Notes: a model not told the origin generated them from the letters alone. A stretch of 64,000 bases of DNA from an uncultured Algibacter sp. (GCF_947499935.1 NZ_CANMQH010000015.1), one strand, 5' to 3'. Shown: positions 39,630 through 48,130, counted from the first letter of the stretch. Program-made: numbers and translations.

Positions 39630-40769
39630 TTATCGTCTTCTTCCTCCACTTCTTGATGAACCAGAACTTCTTCTAGACCCACTTGAAGATCGTGAGCTGC
39701 TAGACCTTGATACACCAGAGCTTGAACTTGAACGTCTACTAGTAGAATAGCTAGGGCGACTGCTTGATGAAGATGATCTTCTGTAATTATTATTAGAACT
39801 AGACCTTGTGGCTGTAGATGGCCTATTAACTGAACTAGAATTTCTTCTTACTGCAGAAGATGTTGATCTTCTGGTAGAATTAGTTGAAGGTGTTCTTGTT
39901 ACACGGCTCGTCGATCTTCTTGGTGTGTTGGATGAGTAAGAACGTGTTCCATTAGAGTTATAGGCTCTTCTTGCTTGAGTATATCCAGAATTATTAGTTG
40001 TACTTCTTCTAGCTGTGTTATATTTAGAAGTCGTTGTGTTTCTTTGAGAGACAGAACTACGTCTGCTTGTAGTATTGTTAAAACTTCGTCTAGAATTTCT
40101 AGAGGTATAGTTTCCTCTTCTAGTAGAGCTGTACAAATTATTTCTTCCTCGGTTATATCTGTTTCCGTAAAAACCATTTCTGCTAAATCTATTATTTCCA
40201 TAATACCCAAAACGATTATTTAGAGCAAAACCGCCACCATAGAAGCCTCTTCCATAAAATCCACCACCGTAAAATGGAGGACACCAAAATGGATCATAAA
40301 ATCCAAATCCAGCATTCCATCCCCAGTTGTTCCATCTATTAAAACCCCAATTGTTCCAACCAAATCCAGTATTCCATCCCCAATTATTAAATCCGTTGTT
40401 TGCATAGTTTATGGTAACATTACTGTTGTTTTGTCCCCAACCACCATAACCTTGGTAATCGTTTTCTGTAGTACCGTTTTCATCATAATTAGGACTTTCA
40501 TAAGTATCTATATCTGTAAAAATAGCATCCTCAGTATTTTGACTTTCTGTTTCTATAGATTGTGTTTTAAAATAATTTTTATAGTAATTACCATTAGTTT
40601 GCTTTGGTGCTTCAACAACGCGTTCTTGGTTTTGCGGTGTAGTATCTGCATAGATACCATCACTGTCTGTGCCAACGTATTGATAAGAACCACATGATAC
40701 TAAACCAAATAGTGAGCACAATACGGCTATAAAAGGTATTTTTCCATTGAAGTTGTTGTTAAATTGCAT
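39630..40769 (-). CDS. lipoprotein with a Gly/Asn/Trp/Phe-rich core and a long Arg/Ser/Thr/Asn-rich C-terminal tail (no known family)
   Basis: 379-aa ORF in an AT-rich genome with a lipobox (FGLVSCGS). Residues about 105-205 include WGWNTGFGWNNWGFNRWNNWGWNAGFGF and FYGGGFYGRGFYGGGF. Residues about 206-379 are almost only S/R/T/N and end SRSGGRRR. The downstream barrel gene starts 28 nt later. Confidence 0.75.
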   Translation of the reverse strand: MQFNNNFNGKIPFIAVLCSLFGLVSCGSYQYVGTDSDGIYADTTPQNQERVVEAPKQTNGNYYKNYFKTQSIETESQNTEDAIFTDIDTYESPNYDENGTTENDYQGYGGWGQNNSNVTINYANNGFNNWGWNTGFGWNNWGFNRWNNWGWNAGFGFYDPFWCPPFYGGGFYGRGFYGGGFALNNRFGYYGNNRFSRNGFYGNRYNRGRNNLYSSTRRGNYTSRNSRRSFNNTTSRRSSVSQRNTTTSKYNTARRSTTNNSGYTQARRAYNSNGTRSYSSNTPRRSTSRVTRTPSTNSTRRSTSSAVRRNSSSVNRPSTATRSSSNNNYRRSSSSSSRPSYSTSRRSSSSSGVSRSSSSRSSSGSRRSSGSSRSGGRRR

Positions 40770-40868
40770 ATCTCTCTAATTTTATTGTTGAACATCACAA
40801 AAATAGTTAGTTTTGCTTAACTATTTTTTTATTTAACATAGTCACAATATTTGTGCCAAAACAATAAT

Positions 40869-42347
40869 ATGAGCAAAAAACTTACCAGCAGATCAGAAGA
40901 TTATTCAAAATGGTATAACGAATTAGTTGTAAAGGCTGACTTAGCGGAGAATTCGGCTGTAAGAGGTTGTATGGTCATTAAGCCTTATGGGTATGCAATT
41001 TGGGAGAAAATGCAAGCAGAATTAGATAAAATGTTTAAGGAAACAGGGCATCAAAACGCTTATTTTCCATTATTTGTACCTAAAAGCTTGTTTGAAGCCG
41101 AAGAGAAAAACGCCGAAGGTTTTGCAAAAGAATGTGCTATAGTTACACATTATAGATTGCAAAATGATCCTGATAACAAAGGGAAGTTACGTGTAGATCC
41201 TGATGCTAAATTAGAAGAAGAATTAATTGTAAGACCAACTTCCGAGGCTATTATTTGGAATACCTATAGAGGTTGGATTCAATCCTATAGAGATTTACCA
41301 TTATTAATTAATCAATGGGCTAATGTTGTGCGTTGGGAAATGCGAACACGTTTGTTTTTAAGAACAGCAGAGTTTTTATGGCAAGAAGGGCATACGGCCC
41401 ATGAAACTAAAGCTGAAGCGATTGCTGAAACAAAATTAATGAATGGTGTTTATGCAAGTTTTGCTGAGAACTTTATGGCTATACCTGTTATACAAGGTGT
41501 TAAAACAGAGAGTGAGCGGTTTGCAGGTGCAGAAGACACATATTGTATAGAAGCATTAATGCAAGATGGGAAAGCACTACAAGCAGGGACGTCTCACTTT
41601 TTAGGGCAAAACTTTGCTAAAGCTTTTGATGTTAAGTTTGCAAATAAAGAAGGTAAACAAGATTACGTATGGGCAACCTCTTGGGGTGTTTCTACACGTT
41701 TAATGGGTGCGTTGATTATGACGCATAGTGATGACCATGGTTTGGTTTTACCTCCAAGTTTAGCACCTAATCAAGTTGTTATTGTGCCTATCTATAAAAG
41801 TGAAGACGATTTAAATGCTATTACAAAAGTTGCAAATGGTATTATGAATGCGTTAAGAGGAAAAAACATTACTGTAAAATTTGACCATAGAACTACCCAC
41901 AGGCCAGGTGCTAAATTTGCTCAGCATGAATTACAAGGGGTGCCTTTGCGTATTGCTATTGGAGCTAGGGATTTAGAAAATGGTACTGTAGAAATAGCAA
42001 GAAGAGACACTTTAACAAAAGAAGTTGTTGCTTTAGATGGTCTTACTGAGAAAATATCTGGGTTGTTAACTCAAATTCAAGAAACTTTGTACAACAAAGC
42101 TTTAGATTTTAGAAATAGCCACATTACAGAAGTAGATACTTTTGATGACTTTAAAACCGTTTTAGAAAACAAAACTGGCTTTATATCAGCACATTGGGAT
42201 GGCACTATAGAAACCGAAAACAAAATTAAAGAATTGACTAAAGCAACAATTCGTTGTATACCTCTGGAGGGAGAGGTTAAAGAAGGTGTTTGTGTGTACT
42301 CAGGAAAGCCTTCAAAACGTAGAGTATTGTTCGCAAAAGCATATTAA
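40869..42347 (+). CDS. proS: proline--tRNA ligase (archaeal/eukaryote-like class II type)
   Basis: Has the [15 protein letters not shown]-terminus, class II motifs, and a terminal ...RRVLFAKAY typical of this ProRS type. The ATG at 40869 is preferred over the TTG at 40851. Confidence 0.95.
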   Translation: MSKKLTSRSEDYSKWYNELVVKADLAENSAVRGCMVIKPYGYAIWEKMQAELDKMFKETGHQNAYFPLFVPKSLFEAEEKNAEGFAKECAIVTHYRLQNDPDNKGKLRVDPDAKLEEELIVRPTSEAIIWNTYRGWIQSYRDLPLLINQWANVVRWEMRTRLFLRTAEFLWQEGHTAHETKAEAIAETKLMNGVYASFAENFMAIPVIQGVKTESERFAGAEDTYCIEALMQDGKALQAGTSHFLGQNFAKAFDVKFANKEGKQDYVWATSWGVSTRLMGALIMTHSDDHGLVLPPSLAPNQVVIVPIYKSEDDLNAITKVANGIMNALRGKNITVKFDHRTTHRPGAKFAQHELQGVPLRIAIGARDLENGTVEIARRDTLTKEVVALDGLTEKISGLLTQIQETLYNKALDFRNSHITEVDTFDDFKTVLENKTGFISAHWDGTIETENKIKELTKATIRCIPLEGEVKEGVCVYSGKPSKRRVLFAKAY

Positions 42348-42374
42348 TGTGATTTTTTTTTAAAAAAAATCACA
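42348..42374 (+). terminator. perfect AT-rich inverted repeat immediately after the proS stop (possible terminator)
   Basis: The sequence is TGTGAttttttttt/aaaaaaaaTCACA. It forms a perfect palindrome but has no separate trailing U-run. Confidence 0.4.
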
Positions 42375-42471
42375 TAGTGCTTGCAACATTTAAAAATAGT
42401 TGTATTTTTGCATCCGCAATGGAAACGTTGTATGTTATTTGAAAGGTATTGTGAGTATAAAAATTATCATT

Positions 42472-42479
42472 TATATTTG
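42472..42479 (+). promoter_or_regulatory. Bacteroidota-type -7 promoter box (TAtaTTTG) for tRNA-Glu/rpsT
   Basis: Matches the TAnnTTTG consensus 16 nt upstream of the mature tRNA 5' end. A second match, TAttTTTG, lies at 42403-42410. Confidence 0.4.
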
Positions 42480-42494
42480 CACACTTAATAAAAT

Positions 42495-42566
42495 GGCCCG
42501 TTCGTCTATCGGCTAGGACGCCAGGTTTTCATCCTGGTAAGAGGGGTTCGATTCCCCTACGGGCTA
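42495..42566 (+). tRNA. tRNA-Glu (anticodon UUC)
   Basis: I folded the cloverleaf by hand. The acceptor pairs GGCCCGT with ACGGGCT (one G-U), the anticodon stem CCAGG/CCTGG carries the loop TTTTCAT, and the T-arm is GGGGTTCGATTCCCC. CCA is not encoded. Confidence 0.9.
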
Positions 42567-42591
42567 CAATATTTAATAATAAAAAAAACAC

Positions 42592-42843
42592 ATGGCAAAT
42601 CACAAGTCAGCATTAAAAAGAATTAGAAGTAACGAAGCAAAACGCTTAACTAACAAGTATCAGCATAAAACAACTCGTAATGCTATCAAGAAATTACGTG
42701 AGTTAACTGATAAAAAAGAAGCTGAAACTATGTTTCCTTCTGTAGTTTCTATGTTAGATAGATTAGCTAAGAAAAATGTAATTCATGCTAATAAAGCAGC
42801 TAACCTTAAGTCTGGTTTAGCAAAGTATGTTGCAGCTCTTTAA
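42592..42843 (+). CDS. rpsT: 30S ribosomal protein S20
   Basis: 83 aa beginning [19 protein letters not shown]..., the typical S20 sequence. Confidence 0.95.
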   Translation: MANHKSALKRIRSNEAKRLTNKYQHKTTRNAIKKLRELTDKKEAETMFPSVVSMLDRLAKKNVIHANKAANLKSGLAKYVAAL

Positions 42844-42864
42844 TCGGGCAGAATTAAAAACGAA

Positions 42865-42897
42865 AAAAAGCTTCTCACAATTGAGAAGCTTTTTTTG
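42865..42897 (+). terminator. rho-independent terminator of rpsT
   Basis: The sequence is aaaaAGCTTCTCA-caat-TGAGAAGCTtttttt: a 9-bp stem, a 4-nt loop and a T6 run. Confidence 0.75.
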
Positions 42898-42982
42898 TTT
42901 TATATTTTAAGTATCCAATATTAATATTTTTTATTTTCTGTGTTTTTTTGGGATCAAGTCATAAAGTTGTGGGATTTTGGGA

Positions 42983-43975
42983 TTATGCAAAAATAGTAGT
43001 TAGCCTAAACAAGAAAAACTCAATGTTTCTCACACCTCTAAACTGAGCTCTAAAAGCTTTTATTTTCGCATTGAAAGATTCTGCAGAAGCATTAGTGCTT
43101 CGATTTTCAAAATAGTTGAGTATATTTTTATAATGTATCGACATTGTCCTGGCAATGGTGTTAAAGCTTTTAAGTCCTGCTTGTCTTACTTTTTCATCCC
43201 ATTTCGCAAGTCTTATTAATGCTGATGTTTTGTCTTTTGTGTTATTAAAAATCCAAGAAAGGTTTTGACATAATTTATAAGCTTTCTCTAAGTCTGGATA
43301 TTTCTCAAAAAGAATAGCTGCTCTTTTTGATTGATTTTCAGTCCATTTACTGCTAGACTTATACAGTAAATATCTGCTTCTAGCTAGTAATTGTTTTAGT
43401 GTATCTCCATTGTATAGTAGATCAGGAATGTATTTGAGTTTTCTATTTTTAGCATTCTCTAGAGCATCATTTTCTATATCTATGGCATCCCATCGGTGTT
43501 TAATTCGTATTTCTTGTAGTGCATCCAGTGCTAATTTTTGAACGTGGAAACGGTCTATGACTAATATGGCATTAGGGAATGATTTTTTAACGATAAGCCC
43601 CATGTTACCTGCCATATCTAAAGTTATTTCTTTAACTTTCTTTCTTTGTTTTAAAGGGATTTTGTGGAGTATTTTTATGACCACCTCAGCTTTAGTGCCT
43701 TTAATCATAGCTACTATGGCACCTTTCTTACCTTTTGCATTTTTATTGGTAAGTATGGTGTATAAATCACCGTTAGAGAAAGCGGTTTCATCAAGTGATA
43801 AGTGGCTTCCTATATTTTTAGTAAATAAGAGCCAGCCTCTGGCGTGTTCTATTTGATCCCATGCTTTAAAATCGCTTAGATAATCTTTGTATTGCCTTTG
43901 AAGACTTCTAGGGTTTACGCCATAAAATTTAGCTATGGTACTTGTGCTAATAGCATTATTATTTATAGATCTCTT
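42983..43975 (-). CDS. ISL3-type DDE transposase ORF2 (frame open from 43975; first ATG only at 43708)
   Basis: Has DRFHVQK and the C-terminal NASAESFNAKIKAFRAQFRGVRNIEFFLFRL ISL3 signatures. Upstream of the ORF-track start, the same frame reads KRSINNNAISTSTIAKFYGVNPRSLQRQYKDYLSDFKAWDQIEHARGWLLFTKNIGSHLSLDETAFSNGDLYTILTNKNAKGKKGAIVA. It is +1 relative to ORF1. Confidence 0.7.
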   Translation of the reverse strand, partial: KRSINNNAISTSTIAKFYGVNPRSLQRQYKDYLSDFKAWDQIEHARGWLLFTKNIGSHLSLDETAFSNGDLYTILTNKNAKGKKGAIVAMIKGTKAEVVIKILHKIPLKQRKKVKEITLDMAGNMGLIVKKSFPNAILVIDRFHVQKLALDALQEIRIKHRWDAIDIENDALENAKNRKLKYIPDLLYNGDTLKQLLARSRYLLYKSSSKWTENQSKRAAILFEKYPDLEKAYKLCQNLSWIFNNTKDKTSALIRLAKWDEKVRQAGLKSFNTIARTMSIHYKNILNYFENRSTNASAESFNAKIKAFRAQFRGVRNIEFFLFRLTTIFA

Positions 43976-44339
43976 TTAAAAAAGTAGCAAACTCACTAGT
44001 TATTCTAGTTCCTTTTGCTACTAAATCCCAATCTCTTGTAACTACTTTTCCTGTAACTTGATTAAGCCATCTACGTCTTGTTATATGCAAATACACATCT
44101 TTACCACGTATTGGAAAATCTTGAATAGTGGCCTCTGGAAAGAAGCCCTTAGAATGAAGTTTAATATCTTTAAATTCATCGGGAATAATATTCAATTCTG
44201 TAAAATAGAAGTGTATTTCTTCTGCTTTAATTTCATGCTTAGTTAAATCAAAATAATTAACAATTACTTCGGGTAATAATAGATTGGCTATCGATAATAA
44301 AGTATCTGAGGACATAGAAATTTTAGTCCCAAAGATCAT
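43959..44339 (-). CDS. ISL3-type transposase N-terminal ORF (ORF1)
   Basis: 126 aa ending ...RDWDLVAKGTRITSEFATFLKEIYK*. The same segment is recognisable in the second, decayed copy. Confidence 0.7.
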   Translation of the reverse strand: MIFGTKISMSSDTLLSIANLLLPEVIVNYFDLTKHEIKAEEIHFYFTELNIIPDEFKDIKLHSKGFFPEATIQDFPIRGKDVYLHITRRRWLNQVTGKVVTRDWDLVAKGTRITSEFATFLKEIYK

Positions 44340-44401
44340 CCATTTTTAGTTACTCCACAACTTTTGGTATTGATCCTTAATCATCCTGTTAGAATAGTCA
44401 A

Positions 44402-44422
44402 GGATCAAGATCAATTGTTGTG
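44402..44422 (+). repeat. solo ISL3-like terminal repeat
   Basis: GGATCAAGATCAATTGTTGTG resembles the left IR at 42951 (GGATCAAG...GTTGTG, about 15 of 22). It lies 25 nt beyond the intact element. Confidence 0.4.
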
Positions 44423-44477
44423 TTTAGGCAAATATTCTAGTTAATCTAAAAAGGAAAAATCCTATATTTTTGACACC

Positions 44478-44513
44478 TTTATTAATTGTCAACCTATTTT
44501 AGGACGACTCAAT
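44478..44513 (+). repeat. 36-nt exact repeat, copy A (solo IS3-type right end)
   Basis: tttattaattgtcaacctattttaggacgactcaat is identical to 51764-51799, which directly follows the IS3 orfB stop. It contains a ...CTCA terminus (IS3 ends are TG...CA). Confidence 0.7.
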
Positions 44514-44532
44514 TGTCTAAATAATTCCTAAA

Positions 44533-45138
44533 CTATAATTTATTTGACCTCGTTATTATTTTACTTACAGATAAGAAAATCAACTTTATATCAAAAAAGA
44601 AACTTCTTTGTTCTATATAAGTTTTGTTAAGTTTAATTTTATTTGGAATTATAGTATCAATAAAGAATTTTTCAGGATTTATAGCATTTTTTAATAATGT
44701 AGCTTCATTTATAAACTTTAATGTTGCAAGCCCTGTAATACCTGGTTTAACCTTAAATATTTGCATGTCATCTTGATTGTAAAAATTTACATAATATCTT
44801 AGTTCAGGTCTAGGTCCTACAAAACTCATATCGCCTTTTAAAACATTAATAAGTTGCGGAAACTCATCAATTTTATAGCGTCTTAAAAAGTAGCCAACTT
44901 TTGTTATTCTAGGGTCATCATCGCCTAAAGTTAATAGCTTTGTATTATTAGGCTCCACAAACATGGTTCTAAATTTATAGATATTGAAGTCTATATTGTT
45001 TTTACCAACTCTACTTTGAATAAATATTGAAGATCCTTTAGAATCAAGTTTAATTATTAATACCACAATAAGCATGAGTGGTGCTAATAAAAGCAAACCA
45101 AGTATTGAAAACACAATATCAAAACTACGCTTAATCAT
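44533..45138 (-). CDS. small monotopic phosphoglycosyl (undecaprenyl-phosphate sugar) transferase, PglC/WbaP-C-like
   Basis: Has MIKRSFDIVFSILGLLLLAPL..., KFRTM, DPRITKVG and DEFPQLINVLKGDMSFVGPRP, the bacterial sugar transferase signature. Confidence 0.9.
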   Translation of the reverse strand: MIKRSFDIVFSILGLLLLAPLMLIVVLIIKLDSKGSSIFIQSRVGKNNIDFNIYKFRTMFVEPNNTKLLTLGDDDPRITKVGYFLRRYKIDEFPQLINVLKGDMSFVGPRPELRYYVNFYNQDDMQIFKVKPGITGLATLKFINEATLLKNAINPEKFFIDTIIPNKIKLNKTYIEQRSFFFDIKLIFLSVSKIITRSNKL

Positions 45139-45148
45139 TGCATTTGTT

Positions 45149-45514
45149 CTATTTTATACTAGTAATTGTTGCTATACTATCACAGTTTGTTATGTTAAAA
45201 ATAATGTCTTTTTCATTCATATTTGCTTCAATAACATAAAGACCACATGGTTTTTGTCTAGTATTACTTTTTGAAAAATTAACATCTCCCTTTTTGATAG
45301 CCCTTCTTATGTTGGACGTATCTAAAGCATTATTTTTGACATAAACAGCGGCATCGTCATTATAGATAATTTTTTTGGAGCTAATATTTTTCAGTACTCT
45401 GGCATCAAGGCCATAGCTACATGATGTTTTTTTACCATTTAAAAAAAATGCTAAAATTATTAATCCTAGAGAGAAACCACCAAGGTAGTATCCTATACGT
45501 TGTATAAGCTTCAT
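45149..45514 (-). CDS. membrane-anchored hypothetical protein (possibly DUF4258-like)
   Basis: 121 aa with one N-terminal TM segment. It lies 10 nt upstream of the sugar transferase gene. The family call is uncertain. Confidence 0.5.
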   Translation of the reverse strand: MKLIQRIGYYLGGFSLGLIILAFFLNGKKTSCSYGLDARVLKNISSKKIIYNDDAAVYVKNNALDTSNIRRAIKKGDVNFSKSNTRQKPCGLYVIEANMNEKDIIFNITNCDSIATITSIK

Positions 45515-45551
45515 GTTTTTTATATTGAGAAAGGGTTAAATGAATTTAGAT

Positions 45552-46751
45552 TTAAAAAATCAACAAATTAATGTCGTTATATTTTAAATCAAACCATTCA
45601 CCTACAGATTTACTTGTTAAAATACCATGGTAAAAGTACAATCCATTTTTTAAACCTCTATCAAATCTCAATGAATTTTCTATACCACCATCTTCAGCAA
45701 TTTTTAAAAGATAAGGCGTAAATATATTACTAATTGATACTGAGGCTGTTCTAGGATATCTAGCAGGTATATTTGGAACGCAATAGTGGATAACACCGTG
45801 TTTTGTAAATGTAGGTTTATTGTGTGTGGTAACTTCGCTAGATTCAAAACAACCTCCCATGTCTATACTTACATCTATAATTATAGCCCCTTTTTTCATG
45901 GATTGCACCATGGTATCGGATACTACTATTGGAGACCTATTTGTACCTCTTACAGCGCCAATAACAACATCGCAGCGCTTTAGTGCTTTATTAAGGTTTT
46001 TTGGTTGAAGTGTTGATGTAAAAAGCGGGCGTCCAAGATGCGATTGTATACGTCGTAATTTTGTGATAGAATTATCAAATATCTTTATACCAGCACCTAA
46101 GCCAATAGCACTTCTTGCAGCAAACTCGCCAACTGTACCTGCCCCTAAAATAACAACTTCAAGAGGGGGAACACCGCTTATGTTTCCAAACATTAATCCA
46201 TTTCCACCTTTACTATCTGAAAGTAATTCGGCAGCAATTAAAACGGCAGAAGTTCCTGCAATTTCACTTAATGATTTTACAGCAGGGTATGTACCATCGG
46301 AATCTCTAATAAATTCAAATGCTAATGCTGTTATTCGCTTAGAGGCAAGTGCTTCAAAGTATTTTTTAGATTGTGTTTTTAATTGTAATGCTGAAATTAA
46401 AATGGCTTGTGGATTAATAAGTTTTATTTGCTCTAAACTTGGTGGCTCAACTTTAAGAATCATGGGACACGAAAATACTTTTGCCGTGTCTTTAGTTATT
46501 TCTGCACCAGCTTCACTATAATCTTTATCGCTATAATTTGCACCGTTGCCAGCACCAGCTTCAAGCAATACTCTGTGTCCGTTGCTTACCAAAGCATAAA
46601 CGGCATCTGGTGTTAAGCATACGCGCTTTTCTTGATAAGCAGTCTCTTTAGGAATGCCAATAAATAAATCGCCTTTTTTTTTGAATATTTCTAGCGTTTC
46701 TTCTTGTGGTAAGAGTTGCTGTTTTGTAAAAGGAGAAAGTGGTTTAGACAT
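45552..46751 (-). CDS. alanine dehydrogenase / PNT-alpha family NAD-binding protein
   Basis: Has IGIPKETAYQEKRVCLTP at the N-terminus and the Rossmann motif VVILGAGTVGEFAA. Confidence 0.8.
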   Translation of the reverse strand: MSKPLSPFTKQQLLPQEETLEIFKKKGDLFIGIPKETAYQEKRVCLTPDAVYALVSNGHRVLLEAGAGNGANYSDKDYSEAGAEITKDTAKVFSCPMILKVEPPSLEQIKLINPQAILISALQLKTQSKKYFEALASKRITALAFEFIRDSDGTYPAVKSLSEIAGTSAVLIAAELLSDSKGGNGLMFGNISGVPPLEVVILGAGTVGEFAARSAIGLGAGIKIFDNSITKLRRIQSHLGRPLFTSTLQPKNLNKALKRCDVVIGAVRGTNRSPIVVSDTMVQSMKKGAIIIDVSIDMGGCFESSEVTTHNKPTFTKHGVIHYCVPNIPARYPRTASVSISNIFTPYLLKIAEDGGIENSLRFDRGLKNGLYFYHGILTSKSVGEWFDLKYNDINLLIF

Positions 46752-46898
46752 GATTAATTATATTAATAAAAAATCAAATTACAAATAAATTTTTTAATAA
46801 GAATGTAAACCTAAAACAATTATTTGAGATTTTATCAGATGATAAATCTTGACACAAAAATATTATAATAATACAAAAAAGTTTAGCGGAGTTTTATA

Positions 46899-47420
46899 CT
46901 AGAAATAATCACTTAATCGTTTCCGAAAATTTTTAGGTGATAATTTAAATTCTTCTTCTAATTCTTCAAATGATTTTTCGGCTTCATTTATTCTATAGAA
47001 AATTCTAGCTCTAATTAGGTATATTGAAGGTATAACGACAGCCATAATTGGTATCATGTAGATTAACAGAAATTCATCTATATAACCTTGGTCATCATTA
47101 AAGAGACCAAAAATTTGATGGATATACATTATAATTGGTACGATGAGTACATGATACCACCAATGCCTATTTGTAAAAAACCAAATCAGCAATAATAATA
47201 GCGGAATTGCTTTTCCAATAAATATCCAAGCCACCAAGCTTGCATCTTGCCAAACCTCACTTTGATAAGTAAATAAAAAAGTGTCCCAAACTTTCTCTTC
47301 AGGGACACTTTTATAAATATTAAACATAAAAGGCGTTGCAGCTATTATTGTAGCTATAACACTCCCTTGTACTAAGTTTTTTTTAGCTATTGCGAGGGAT
47401 TTTAAATGTTTTCTTTTCAA
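46899..47420 (-). CDS. hypothetical integral membrane protein
   Basis: 173 aa with 4 predicted TM segments. The start is TTG and remains uncertain. Confidence 0.5.
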   Translation of the reverse strand: MKRKHLKSLAIAKKNLVQGSVIATIIAATPFMFNIYKSVPEEKVWDTFLFTYQSEVWQDASLVAWIFIGKAIPLLLLLIWFFTNRHWWYHVLIVPIIMYIHQIFGLFNDDQGYIDEFLLIYMIPIMAVVIPSIYLIRARIFYRINEAEKSFEELEEEFKLSPKNFRKRLSDYF

Positions 47421-47602
47421 TTTTGATGATTTGATTTTTATTGATTTTGATTGATGCGTTGGCAGAATGGGTAGTAAATAAGATGGCTCCTATAATGACT
47501 AATGTAATCATATATTTTTTAGTTCTCATTTCTATTAGGGATTTGGTTAATTATTAATCCAAATGTATATAATGACCATATTTTAGTGTATCGCTTTATG
47601 TT

Positions 47603-47628
47603 AAAAAAATGTTAAAAACATTGTTTTT
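47603..47628 (-). terminator. possible terminator downstream of tsaE
   Basis: AATGTT-aaa-AACATT hairpin flanked by an A-run and a T-run. The stem is short. Confidence 0.35.
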
Positions 47629-47725
47629 GAAAATTGCTAGTGTGGTTTTCCCGTAAAAAAATACAATTTGTTTTATATTCCTATAGGCTATTATGCAAGC
47701 ATAATTTTAAAAAAATAATGATGTA

Positions 47726-48130
47726 TTAATTTAGCTTCAAAATTCTTTGATTTTGACTATCTAACTCCAAATGTATTTTATCGAAATCATCAAATAATAT
47801 AGATTCTATTATTTGTGGCCATTCAATTAATTTCCAATGCTCGGAATCTAAATAATCTTCAATACCAAAGTTATAAGCCTCTTCAGTATTTTTTATTCTA
47901 TATAAATCAAAATGAAAAATTTTTTCAGTTTTAGAGGTATATTCATTAACAATAGAGAAGGTAGGACTACTTACATCATCATCACTTCCTAAGGCTTTAA
48001 TTATGCTCTTAATAAGAGTTGTTTTTCCAGCTCCCATATCACCATAGAGCAGTATTGTTTTGGTGTTTAAATTAGCAATGATTTGACTAGCAACGTTATC
48101 AAGCTCGTTTAATGTATAGCAAATTTTCAA
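47726..48130 (-). CDS. tsaE: tRNA t6A37 biosynthesis ATPase TsaE (YjeE)
   Basis: Walker A GDMGAGKTTLIK, SPTFSIVNEY and HFDLYR motifs. Confidence 0.9.
   Translation of the reverse strand: MKICYTLNELDNVASQIIANLNTKTILLYGDMGAGKTTLIKSIIKALGSDDDVSSPTFSIVNEYTSKTEKIFHFDLYRIKNTEEAYNFGIEDYLDSEHWKLIEWPQIIESILFDDFDKIHLELDSQNQRILKLN

Larger units (their letters stand above)
42951..44376 (-). mobile_element. ISL3-family insertion sequence, two-ORF type, with imperfect terminal inverted repeats
   Basis: The left end GGATCAAGTCATAAAGTTGTGG (42951-) matches the reverse complement of the right end, GGATCAATACCAAAAGTTGTGG (-44376), at about 18 of 25 positions. I did not see flanking direct repeats. Confidence 0.75.

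Noticed and set aside
39899-40697. Four ORF-track entries on both strands (39899-40210 minus, 39975-40223 plus, 40220-40405 minus, 40431-40697 plus) inside the RS-tail lipoprotein gene
   Set aside because: They are by-products of the low-complexity, stop-poor codon composition. The 379-aa frame with a lipoprotein signal and operon context explains the region. The alternative frames have no start context or recognisable features.
43974-43983. Classical -1 frameshifting on the T TTT TTA heptamer at the ISL3 ORF1/ORF2 junction
   Set aside because: The -1 frame reads FFKRDL* and stops after a few codons. The DDE frame is +1, so -1 slippage cannot produce the fusion.
46063-46521. 152-aa plus-strand ORF antisense to the alanine-dehydrogenase-family gene, plus similar shadow ORFs at 62767-63141, 56885-57244, 61245-61586, 16044-16631, 33277-33588, 3605-3889, 53202-53402 and 43557-43856
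   Set aside because: All lie entirely inside well-supported genes on the opposite strand and show no motifs. They are typical antisense shadow ORFs.
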